Made by a program: the position numbers and the translations under genes
In this document: positions 23,334 to 31,753 of the stretch, piece after piece
Layout: every line of letters begins with the position of its first letter
Position numbering within the stretch: the stretch's first letter is position 1
Assembly: GCA_965203905.1 (NCBI GenBank)
Contig: CBDBDQ010000005.1
Location: forward strand, 3,232,001 to 3,296,000
Origin: Spirochaetia bacterium
GTDB taxonomy: Bacteria; Spirochaetota; Spirochaetia; SZUA-6; Bin103
DNA: 64,000 nt
Direction: 5' to 3'
The notes under the pieces: model-generated
Told to the model about the DNA's origin: nothing
The model's input: only the letters and a program-made list of their open reading frames with translations
Databases searched by the model: none

Positions 23334-23774
23334 TCAGTCCTCAACCAGCCGCTTGCCCATGCTCAGGGAGTCGTCCACGACAAAACCGAGCGAGCGGTAG
23401 AACGCGACGACGTCGGCGTTGGAGCTCCTGATCTGCAGGTTGATCTTGGGGCAGCCGATCCCCCGCAGGCGTGCCTCGGCTTCGTCCATCAGGTGGCGTC
23501 CGAAGCCTCGTTCCCGGCACTCCCTGGCGACTGCAAGATAGTTGATCCAGCCGCGGTGGCCCTCGTATCCGGCCATCACCGTTGCCACCAGCCGGCCATC
23601 AAGGGTCCCAACCAGGAACAGGTCGCGTTGCACGCACAACTTGCGGTGGATGTCCTTCACCGGGTCGTTCCACGGCCTGACCAGCTCGCACTCGCGCCAC
23701 AGCGCTACCACCGCGTCCTGGTCGGACTCCCGGTACGCCCGAATCTGCAGTGTCGTACTAACAGGGTTCGTCAT
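23334..23774 (-). CDS. GNAT acetyltransferase (YpeA-like)
   Basis: RPWNDP, MAGYEGHRGWINYLAV, GCPKINLQIR..N..V.AFY..LGF. Confidence 0.92.
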   Translation of the reverse strand: MTNPVSTTLQIRAYRESDQDAVVALWRECELVRPWNDPVKDIHRKLCVQRDLFLVGTLDGRLVATVMAGYEGHRGWINYLAVARECRERGFGRHLMDEAEARLRGIGCPKINLQIRSSNADVVAFYRSLGFVVDDSLSMGKRLVED

Positions 23775-23836
23775 ATCAGATGAGGTCGCCGATGCGACGC
23801 GTTACCGAGTTGAAGAGAGTCGCCTCGAACCCGGGA

Positions 23837-24151
23837 TCATGTGTTCTGGCGATCGTCGGCCGACAGCGTAGTGTACTGGCCAATGCCGTGCTCGGAGAGC
23901 CAGTTCCGAAGGTCGAGGACGTGCATGCCAAACGATTCGGCCAGCTTGCCGATGCTGATGAAACCTCCCTGGAACGCCGCCAGCGCTTGACGCTGCCGGA
24001 TGGGCAGATCGTCCACCGGCACCTGGTAACAAGCGAAGATGGCGTCGCGCACGAGTTGCCCCTTGCTGGTCTTGCGCGCTGCCGCGAGGCGGGCAAGCTG
24101 TTCGTTGGTTGCAGGATCTATCTTCACGTGCAGGGTCGCGTCATGCGCCAT
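23837..24151 (-). CDS. RHH plus UPF0175 antitoxin-like protein
   Basis: N-terminal RHH (LHVKID...LARLAAARKTSKGQLVRDAI) and C-terminal ISIGKLAE..GM....LRNWLSEHGI. Confidence 0.7.
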   Translation of the reverse strand: MAHDATLHVKIDPATNEQLARLAAARKTSKGQLVRDAIFACYQVPVDDLPIRQRQALAAFQGGFISIGKLAESFGMHVLDLRNWLSEHGIGQYTTLSADDRQNT

Positions 24152-24260
24152 CTGAGTCCTCGTGCTGCCAGCATCCTGTATCAGGCTACCGAAGGTATAC
24201 CCCATGAAGGCGCATCTTATTCGACGCGTGGAGACGGCCGCGGCGATAATCCCGGGTAGG

Positions 24261-24704
24261 CTACGGGCCGGACTCGTCCCCCTCCGCCACGCCCCGCACC
24301 ACAAACCCGACCGCGCGGGCGGCCGTCCCCAACTGCCCGTCGTGGGTGAGAAACTCGTCGATCCGGCGGTTGCGTCGCTCGTGGACGGCGAGCGCGCTTG
24401 CCAGGTGGATCGCATCCAACGTGCCGACGACCGTCGGGTAGGACTGGCTTGCCCGGGTGAGAAGTGAGGCGGAAACGCGGACCCGGTAGACGGATTCCCA
24501 GAATTTCACGAACCGCTCATGCAGAAACACACGTTCGTGATCATCGAGGTCGCCGCCAAGGCGGAGCCGGTCGACAGTCCGGTGAAACTCGACCCGGCAG
24601 ATCTCGGTGGTGTAGGCGGCCTGCCAGCGTCCCCACTCTTCGATCGACGGATCCTGGTTCAGCAGCCAGCTCAGCACCACCGACGTGTCGAGGTAGACCG
24701 TCAT
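24261..24704 (-). CDS. VapC/PIN-domain toxin
   Basis: VYLDTSV, VEF, GTLDAIHLASA, FLTHD.QL..AA..VGF. Confidence 0.88.
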   Translation of the reverse strand: MTVYLDTSVVLSWLLNQDPSIEEWGRWQAAYTTEICRVEFHRTVDRLRLGGDLDDHERVFLHERFVKFWESVYRVRVSASLLTRASQSYPTVVGTLDAIHLASALAVHERRNRRIDEFLTHDGQLGTAARAVGFVVRGVAEGDESGP

Positions 24705-24952
24705 CGGCGCCTGCGGTCGGCCAGCAGCGCGGCTACCCCCGGAATCGGTCGGCCGGACGGCAAACGGTCGAGCCGGGCAAGCGCCTCGGGCGGTTCGGTC
24801 GGCTCTTCGATCACCAACTCTTCGTCCACGGCCGGTACCAACCTGGCAATACTCTGACGGTACGAGGTGATGTCGATCGTCGCTCCCGCTCGCACGATCC
24901 CGAGGTACGTTCCGAGCCGAGCCTTCAACTCTGCGGTACTGACCTAAATCAT
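24701..24952 (-). CDS. Phd/YefM-family antitoxin (TAG at codon 3, alternative TTG start at 24928)
   Basis: MI*VSTAELKARLGTYLGIVRAGATIDIT.....IARLVP, with an ATGA overlap with vapC. Confidence 0.7.
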
Positions 24953-24969
24953 GACCACAATCTTGGTCA
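24952..24969. promoter_or_regulatory. Palindromic operator candidate of the phd-vapC operon
   Basis: TGACCA-CAATCT-TGGTCA abutting the antitoxin start. Confidence 0.5.
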
Positions 24970-25265
24970 AGTTATGGACAATAATCAAGGAGACAAGCAT
25001 CGGGTTGTCGGTCTGTGTGTGGAGTCCATACCCCTGATGCTGCCGGCTATGGCGCCCTCGACAGAGTAGCGCTGGATGCAGGCGTAGACCGCAGGATGGG
25101 CGTGACCGTGACCACGATCATCGCCGTCTTCAGGCCGCGTCGGGGGCAGCTTGACCGTTCCAGCGCCACACGGCGACGAACAGTCTGGCATGCTCCTTGC
25201 CGCCGTGGTCGTTTTCCCGTAGCGTAACGACTCGTCCCGTTCACGGTGATGCTCGTAGCGACAAC

Positions 25266-25580
25266 ATGCGGCACAAGAGACGAAAGCGACGTGCTATCGG
25301 TTCCCGGCCATCCGCTGAGATTACCGCGCGCGTTGCCCGCGAAGCGAGATATGTCGGCAGTGCCGAACACAAGGCATACCCAAGCACTGCCGGCCCACCG
25401 GCGTTGCGTTCGGACGCGACTCCTTGCGACCCTGAACTGTCGTTCGACGACGACCTCTACGAAGCGCGCCACATTTAACGGGCCGGCGGGAACGTATAAA
25501 GGTATAAGGGCTACAAGCTCCAGGAGTCCGAGTATCCGCGTGACCCGATGGGTTGCTTGAACTGGAAAGGCGCTGAATGA
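25266..25580 (+). pseudogene. Degraded small gene (putative toxin) coupled to the IrrE-like gene
   Basis: ARYVGSAEHK.YPS.AGPP..RSDATPCDP...YEARHI, then frameshifted NGPAGTYKG..LQESEYPRDP, ending in an ATGA overlap at 25577-25580. Confidence 0.45.
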
Positions 25581-26908
25581 TCGAGTTTCGCGTCGAGTGG
25601 CAGGACGCGCCCGGCGTACGCGACCCGGTACTCGCGCGCACGTGGTGCCGTCTGACCGTGGACGTGGACGGGCAGTTGGTTTCCCGAGCCATCGACCACC
25701 GCTCCGAAAGCCTGCGGGACGGGATATACGGTTCCGTCCTGCCGCTGTGCTCGTGGATGGTCGAGAACTGGTGGTGCCTCCAGCACGAGGCCTATCGGTT
25801 CCATCGCCCGTGGCGATCACACGATCTTGCCGTCTATGTCAACCACCGGGAGTGGGTGCAGCGCCACAGTCTACGGGCGGTCGGCGAGGGTGGCGTACTG
25901 CCGGACCTGATGCTGTTCCGCGATGGAGATGCCCTGGTCGTTCGCTGGTTTGCGGATCAGGCAGACGCCGCTCATCCGTATCTTCGCTTCATAGGCCACG
26001 GACAAGCGAGCATGCCGGTCGACGAGGCGACGCACGGGCTGACAGATTTTGTGGTTCGTGTTCTGGACCGCATCGAGGAGATGAACGCGCCCGAAGTCGA
26101 AGCCCTGCGACGAGACTGGTCCGCGATTACGACGGCGCCACCGGAGGAGCGCGACCTCTGCGTCTGGTCCGCGCGAGTGGGCCTGGACCCGTACGACCCG
26201 TACGAATTGACGGACCAACGCAAGAGTCTGTTGAAGGCATCGATATCGTCCCTGGAGGCCGAGCTTCGCGGTGACCTCCTGGACGCGACGACGGCAGATG
26301 CGCTCGCCACGGACGCGCGGTGGATCGATGCCGCCCACGACGTAGCACTGGGATCTGGTCTTTCTGCAGCAGACGAGCCGGTCCTGGCCCGCAGAGGGCA
26401 CCGCTCCACCGCTCACGAAACCGGCTACGAGTGCGCTCGAACGCTCCGTAGGCACCTTGGAGCGCACGAAGCTCCAGTGGCAGACATGCGTGCAGTCATG
26501 CGCGCTCTCGGCTGGGCGCAGGAGCCGTTGCTTACCACGGATTCCAAGCCGACGAGTCCGCTCGATGCACTGCTCGATCACAGCGCAAGGGGCGTGCCGG
26601 TAGTCGTCGCGTACCAGGACGGCGGCGTCGAATCGGAGCGCTTCCGGCTAGCCAGGTCACTCTTCCTTCGCCACTTCACTGCGGCGTCAGGGCGCCGACT
26701 CGTAACGGCCTCCCACACCTGGGACCAGCGAGCATCTCGTGCCTTCGCCGCCGAGTTTCTCGCTCCGGCGGGTGCCTTGGCCAAGCACATCCGGGGCCCC
26801 GTTTCGTTCAGCGACGTCGACGAATTGGGGGACGAATATCGGGTCAGCCCGCTGGTTATCGAGCACCAGATCGATAACCAGCGATTGGGGGTTCTGACGG
26901 ATTCATAA
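25577..26908 (+). CDS. Protein with a degenerate ImmA/IrrE (DUF955/peptidase M78)-like C-terminal domain
   Basis: ERFRLARSL (HExxH lost)...DQRASRAFAAEFLAP...YRVSPLVIEHQIDN. Confidence 0.7.
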   Translation: MIEFRVEWQDAPGVRDPVLARTWCRLTVDVDGQLVSRAIDHRSESLRDGIYGSVLPLCSWMVENWWCLQHEAYRFHRPWRSHDLAVYVNHREWVQRHSLRAVGEGGVLPDLMLFRDGDALVVRWFADQADAAHPYLRFIGHGQASMPVDEATHGLTDFVVRVLDRIEEMNAPEVEALRRDWSAITTAPPEERDLCVWSARVGLDPYDPYELTDQRKSLLKASISSLEAELRGDLLDATTADALATDARWIDAAHDVALGSGLSAADEPVLARRGHRSTAHETGYECARTLRRHLGAHEAPVADMRAVMRALGWAQEPLLTTDSKPTSPLDALLDHSARGVPVVVAYQDGGVESERFRLARSLFLRHFTAASGRRLVTASHTWDQRASRAFAAEFLAPAGALAKHIRGPVSFSDVDELGDEYRVSPLVIEHQIDNQRLGVLTDS

Positions 26909-26951
26909 GGGCGGAGTCACGGAGGGCGGACGCGGCGATCGGTCCCCTGGT

Positions 26952-27722
26952 ATGCTGCCGACCAGGATGGAATCAGGCGAGACTGATGCCCGCGCCGGTG
27001 CGGAGCCGCTGGTGGTGGAGACGTTCGCGATCGGGAGCCTGGGGTGCAACTGCTCGCTGGTGTACGAGCGCGACAGCCGGCAGGCGATCGTGATCGATCC
27101 GGGGGACGAGCCCGAGGCGCTGCTGCAGGCGGTGGGGGAGCGTGGCCTCAAGGTGACGCAGCTCCTGCACACCCATGCCCACTTCGATCACATCGGCGGC
27201 TCCGACGCGGTCAAGCGCCGGCTCGGGACGCCGATCCTGCTGCACCGGGACGACGAGGAGCTGTACCGGCGGCTGCAGGAGCAGGGCTTGCTGTTCGGAA
27301 TTCCCGTGCCGCCGCCGGGCGAGGTGGACCAGTTCATCGAGGAGGGGTTCGAGGTGGCGCTCGGCGCACGCAAGCTGCTCACCACCATCCACACCCCCGG
27401 CCATTCGCCCGGGTCATGCTGCTTCTACATCGAGGAAGCATGTTCATTCCGTGATACGGCAGGCGGTGAAGGTCGACGCACGGGCCTGTCGGGGGCGCCA
27501 CCACACCCGGACAAGATTACCGGAGAGCCGCTCCTGTTCGCGGGGGACACCCTGTTCCGCCAGTCGGTGGGACGCACCGACCTTCCCGGCGGCGATCCCT
27601 ACGCCCTGATCAAGTCGATCAAGCAGCGCCTGTTCGAGCTGCCGCCCGAATCCTACGTCGTGCCCGGACACGGCGAGAGCACCACCCTGCACGCCGAGCA
27701 ACGGGAGAATCCGTTCCTGTAA
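26952..27722 (+). CDS. MBL-fold metallo-hydrolase (glyoxalase II/YcbL-like)
   Basis: LHTHAHFDHIGG, HTPGHSPGS, FAGDTLF..SVGRTDLPGGD, VVPGHG, ENPFL. Confidence 0.93.
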   Translation: MLPTRMESGETDARAGAEPLVVETFAIGSLGCNCSLVYERDSRQAIVIDPGDEPEALLQAVGERGLKVTQLLHTHAHFDHIGGSDAVKRRLGTPILLHRDDEELYRRLQEQGLLFGIPVPPPGEVDQFIEEGFEVALGARKLLTTIHTPGHSPGSCCFYIEEACSFRDTAGGEGRRTGLSGAPPHPDKITGEPLLFAGDTLFRQSVGRTDLPGGDPYALIKSIKQRLFELPPESYVVPGHGESTTLHAEQRENPFL

Positions 27723-28655
27723 TCAGCCGCGGGGGCGCAGGTCGCGGTCCAGTTGCTCCTTGGCGTGCAGCCGGTCTAGGGCGTACTGGACCTGCTCCAA
27801 CTCGTCCGGGGCCAGTTCGGCATCGGCCGCCGCGAACCGGCTGAGCTCGTGATCGATGTGGGGTGCCGGTGGCGGCACCAGTTCCGCCGTGGCGATGCGC
27901 CCCAGGGTGAACTGAGCCTGCTCGGCGATCAGCCGCTCCACGATCCGGTCGCAGGTGGCGAGCCACTTGCGGAGCTGTGTGATCGGCTCATCTCCAGTGT
28001 CTTCGGAGCCGAGGCGGTCCGCACGCCATTTGCGCAGCAGATCGCGGCCGCGTTCGCGGTGGGCGAGAATGGCGTCGAGACGCGCGTGGTGATCGGAGTA
28101 GGAGGCACCCGCGGACAGCGGCGCCATGACCGCTTCCAGGCCGTTGCGCCAGCGGATCAACTCCAGCTTGGCCAGTTCGCCGGTATAGCGCCGTGCGGCG
28201 CGCGCGACGGCGGCGTCCGCCTTCTGCAACATCGGTGACAGGATCGGGGACGAGGAGGACTCGCCTTCCGCCTGCAGGCGGCGCCGCAGATCCTGCACCT
28301 GGCGCCGCGTCCGCTCGATCTCGGCCAGCCGCCCGGTGAGCTGCAGCTCGCTGCTCTGCAGCGAGGGCACCCGGCGCCGGTCCAGCAGGATGGCCGCCAC
28401 CTCGGCGAACAGGCCCAGGCCCCAGGCCAGCCCGGTCACGCAGCCGGCGAGGCAGCCGTACAGCAGGAACGCGTTGTCCATGCTGCGGGAGAATACGCTG
28501 CCGCCGAGCACTCCCCCGAGCACCGTGGTGAACAGCAGCCACGCCGAGCGATGGGCGCGGCCGGACTGGTAGGGCCGGTAGGTTCCGCAATTGGTACAAA
28601 ACCGTTCCGCGGGGGCTACCCAGAAGCTGCAGCTACGACACTGGCGGTACCGCAT
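27723..28655 (-). CDS. Hypothetical membrane protein: zinc ribbon, two TM helices, coiled coil
   Basis: CRSC...FCTNCG, two hydrophobic segments, heptad-rich C-terminus, GGAG RBS. Confidence 0.7.
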   Translation of the reverse strand: MRYRQCRSCSFWVAPAERFCTNCGTYRPYQSGRAHRSAWLLFTTVLGGVLGGSVFSRSMDNAFLLYGCLAGCVTGLAWGLGLFAEVAAILLDRRRVPSLQSSELQLTGRLAEIERTRRQVQDLRRRLQAEGESSSSPILSPMLQKADAAVARAARRYTGELAKLELIRWRNGLEAVMAPLSAGASYSDHHARLDAILAHRERGRDLLRKWRADRLGSEDTGDEPITQLRKWLATCDRIVERLIAEQAQFTLGRIATAELVPPPAPHIDHELSRFAAADAELAPDELEQVQYALDRLHAKEQLDRDLRPRG

Positions 28656-28801
28656 CCATCTCCACCTTAGGTCCCTCTCAATATGTAGGGGCGGCCAGTA
28701 TAGGAATTCTTCTCGCGCGCGCCAACCGCGTGCAGGCGGCGGAGGCGACGGCGGGCGAGGCGGACGCCGCAGTGCCGTCCAGGCCCGGCACGACGGCGCA
28801 C

Positions 28802-29647
28802 TCAGACTGCGACGGTGTGCGGACTCTGCGCCAGGCCGAGCCGGTGCTGCGTGGCCCACTCCTGCAACGGCCAGTCGATCCCGTGTTCCGATTCACGGCC
28901 GTGGCTGTCCCCGGTGGCGCCGAGCAACTGGCGGCCGGCGTCGTCCAGCAGCGCCAGCAGGTGGCTGTCGGGCTGCACGCGGCCATTGTAGTAGCGCAGG
29001 TAGTAGTCGGGCTTGATCCAGCGGTAATGGTAGCCGTACATCACGAGCTTCGCGATGTCGCGGCCGAAGTTGTAGCCCGCGGCGTGAAACAGGCGGTTCT
29101 CGAACAGAAACGCATCCCCCGGTCTCAGGCGTGGTTCCTCGTAGGTCGGGGGGTCGATGCGACCCTTGGGGATCGGCAGCGGATGGTGCCAGGAGTTGCT
29201 GCTGGGAATCATCAAGGTCATGCCGCTGTCCGGGGTGCTGAAGTCGGTCAGGCAGTAGCCGATCTTGAGACCTACGCGCGGCACGTGGGCGGGTCCGATA
29301 TCGAGGTGCACGCCCACGTCGCGATGCCAGTTGCGCTCCGCATCAGGCTCCCGCTGGGGATGCTTGTAGATCAGCGCGGTGTTGGTGATGTGGATGTTGG
29401 TGCCCAGCAGCTGCACGATCAGCGGCACGGTGGTGGAGTGGGTCGCCAGCTCCGCGAGAGCCTGTTCCTGCACCAGGCCGTCGCGCCGGTGTGCGTAGTA
29501 GCGCTCGAACTCGAAGCCTTCCATCAACCGGTCCCCGGCCTCCAGGAGCCGCGCGATGGTGGTGCCGTCCAGAGCGTCGCGGACGATCAGGTATCCCTGC
29601 TCGGCAAAGGTGCGCCGCTGCTCATCGGTGAGGGGCGTGTACTCCAT
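28802..29647 (-). CDS. Phytanoyl-CoA dioxygenase (PhyH) family Fe/2OG dioxygenase
   Basis: FAEQGYLIV, WHRD, PGDAFLF..RLFHA. Confidence 0.9.
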   Translation of the reverse strand: MEYTPLTDEQRRTFAEQGYLIVRDALDGTTIARLLEAGDRLMEGFEFERYYAHRRDGLVQEQALAELATHSTTVPLIVQLLGTNIHITNTALIYKHPQREPDAERNWHRDVGVHLDIGPAHVPRVGLKIGYCLTDFSTPDSGMTLMIPSSNSWHHPLPIPKGRIDPPTYEEPRLRPGDAFLFENRLFHAAGYNFGRDIAKLVMYGYHYRWIKPDYYLRYYNGRVQPDSHLLALLDDAGRQLLGATGDSHGRESEHGIDWPLQEWATQHRLGLAQSPHTVAV

Positions 29648-29840
29648 GGCGACAAAGAGTACCACGCTTCGCCGGTCGTACCAGCCACGGGCGGCGGAGC
29701 AGGGCGATCCCATGCTCACGGATTGGTGATCGGGTACCGCATCGGGAGCGTGAACGGCATGAGCCCGGCGCCGTCCTTGATCACCCCGTACTGCCGCCCA
29801 GAATGTTGCCTCTGGCAGACGCTGCCGGTAGCGCCTGCCG

Positions 29841-30839
29841 CTACGAGCGGGAGCCTTCGACGCGGGCCAGGAAGTCGGCGGCGGTGGCGCAGTCCACGAT
29901 CCACTCGCCGGCTTCGGCGAGGCGGTCGGGGTCCGTGACGGCGGCGAGCACCGCCGCCAGCCGTTCCGCCGCCGCCGGGCCGAACCGCCGCTCAGCCTGG
30001 TGGCGCAGCAACGCCTTCTCCCGCTCGAGGCCCTGCTTGATACCCTGCTCGATGCCCTGTTCGATGCCCCGCTCCAGGATTTCCTCTCCCCAGCGGTCGA
30101 TCTTTTCCAACAACACGGCGCGTACCTCCTCGTACTCGCGGATCGATGGCAACGCGACCCCCCACTTCTCTGCCAGCGCCCCCAGCCACAGGTCGAAGGT
30201 CGTCGTCAGCCCCGGCTCGCGTTCGCCGGCCAGCCACTCGCCCAACTCCCTCACCCGCTCAGGCAGCGTCCCGGCCTGTACGCTCTGCTCCACTGCCGCC
30301 ACCCACCGCAGGAGGTTCGCGCGCGGCAGTTGGTCCAACCTCGCAGCCACCAGGTCGACCACCTCGTAGCTCACCGCCAGCGGCGCCGGTCGGTCCTGCG
30401 GCCCGCCTGTGAGCAGCCCCGCCAGCGTCAGCGGCGCGTCCCAGCGACGCTCACCATTATAGACCACCACGTGTAGCACGGGCTCGGCCGTGTCACCCTT
30501 GCGCCACCTCTTGCGATCGCGGTAGCGCCGCTGGTACAGCAGGTTGCTGTAGTTCAGGAACCGCAACGGCATCCCGTAGTGGACGCTGGACTGGTGCTCG
30601 ATCACCAGGTGCAGCGGGTGGGCGCCGCCGCTCTCCTCGCGGCGGTCGATCGACCAGGTCAGATCGCCGAGGCGGCGGCGCAGTGCGTCGGAGATGCCCT
30701 CGGTGGCGCCTTCGCGCAGGGAGTCGAAGTCGAGCGCCGCGGCCCACTGCGGCGCTCGTTGCGGGGCGATGAAGCCGAGCAGCAGGTCCTTGACGATGCG
30801 CTTGTGATTGAGCAGCCGTTTGTAGGAGGCGTCGTCCAT
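29841..30839 (-). CDS. Rpn family recombination-promoting nuclease/putative transposase
   Basis: DASYKRLL, RRLGDLTW, VIEHQS, MPLRFLNY, VVYNGERRW, GIEQGIEQGIKQG repeats, RRFG tail. Confidence 0.88.
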   Translation of the reverse strand: MDDASYKRLLNHKRIVKDLLLGFIAPQRAPQWAAALDFDSLREGATEGISDALRRRLGDLTWSIDRREESGGAHPLHLVIEHQSSVHYGMPLRFLNYSNLLYQRRYRDRKRWRKGDTAEPVLHVVVYNGERRWDAPLTLAGLLTGGPQDRPAPLAVSYEVVDLVAARLDQLPRANLLRWVAAVEQSVQAGTLPERVRELGEWLAGEREPGLTTTFDLWLGALAEKWGVALPSIREYEEVRAVLLEKIDRWGEEILERGIEQGIEQGIKQGLEREKALLRHQAERRFGPAAAERLAAVLAAVTDPDRLAEAGEWIVDCATAADFLARVEGSRS

Positions 30840-31089
30840 GATTCTCCACCGGGTGGCGGCTCCGAGGCGATGCCTGCGCAACGAGCGCACTCGGTCGTCA
30901 GCAGGCGCGCGCGCCGGGCGCCACCCATTCTCGATACCCTTGACAACGGCCGCGTTTCGCTGCTGCTTCATCGCTCAGTCGGCGTCTTCGGGCTCCACCA
31001 GGAGCCGCCGCGGGGCGACGGACGGTGGGGTCCGGGCGAGCTGATTTGCAGCCATGGTCGATTCTCCCTCTCCGTTCGGCGAGCGCCGA

Positions 31090-31380
31090 TCACGTGGCGC
31101 CGTCTGGCGGCAATCCGTACTCCCGATGCCGGAAGCGGTGGTGTGCAGTGCAGCGGAGCCTCAAGTTCCCCGGCTCAGCGCTGCCGCCAAGCGCGAAGGG
31201 AACGATGTGGTCGAGATCCAGCAGGAAGCGGGACCCGTAGCGCCGCCCGCTGTGCGGATCGACGTAACTGCAGCAGCCGCCGTCGCGGCGCCACACCGCG
31301 CGCCGCACGGGTGCCGGAGTGTACCGGGATCGGCGCGCCCGATGGGGCGGCTGCGCGCTGGCGGGTCTCTATCAGTGCCG
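31090..31380 (-). pseudogene. HNH endonuclease C-terminal fragment
   Basis: VRRAVWRRDGGCCSYVD..SGRR.GSRFLLDLDHIVPFALGG.....NLRLRC.AHHRFRH, with no intact start. Confidence 0.7.
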
Positions 31381-31415
31381 GCACCCGGCGAGCTTCACGC
31401 CGTGTTCGAAGTCGA

Positions 31416-31556
31416 TCAGCCCGAATTCGTTGGCCAGGGTGATGTGGTCGCGTGGTGCCACTCCAGCAACCCTGCGAAGTCCACCTGCGTCCCCCGCTTG
31501 GCCAGGGCGGCGGCCACGCCGGCGGGGTCGGAACGTACCCGGTTGAGATCGATCAT
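31416..31556 (-). pseudogene. serS: 5' fragment of a seryl-tRNA synthetase gene
   Basis: MIDLNRVRSDPAGVAAALAKRGTQVDFAGLLE resembles the SerRS N-terminus, then truncates. Confidence 0.55.
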
Positions 31557-31607
31557 GGACCCTGCGACCGTAGCATGAGGGGACGGCGCGCGTCGCCCGC
31601 CCTGTGG

Positions 31608-31691
31608 CCGGTAGCCGGTCGGTAGCCGGTCGGAGCCGGTCGGCGGCGGTGCTATGCCTCTGACGAATATCTGTGTATAATCTGTGTATAA
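31608..31691. repeat. Short tandem repeats in the divergent promoter region
   Basis: About three copies of (cggtagccggt) at 31608-31643 and TCTGTGTATAA x2 at 31670-31691. Confidence 0.6.
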
Positions 31692-31753
31692 CCAGGACAT
31701 TGGAGGCGCCGGCTGCAGCAGGTACCGTCTCTCACTCCTCAATAACATACGAC

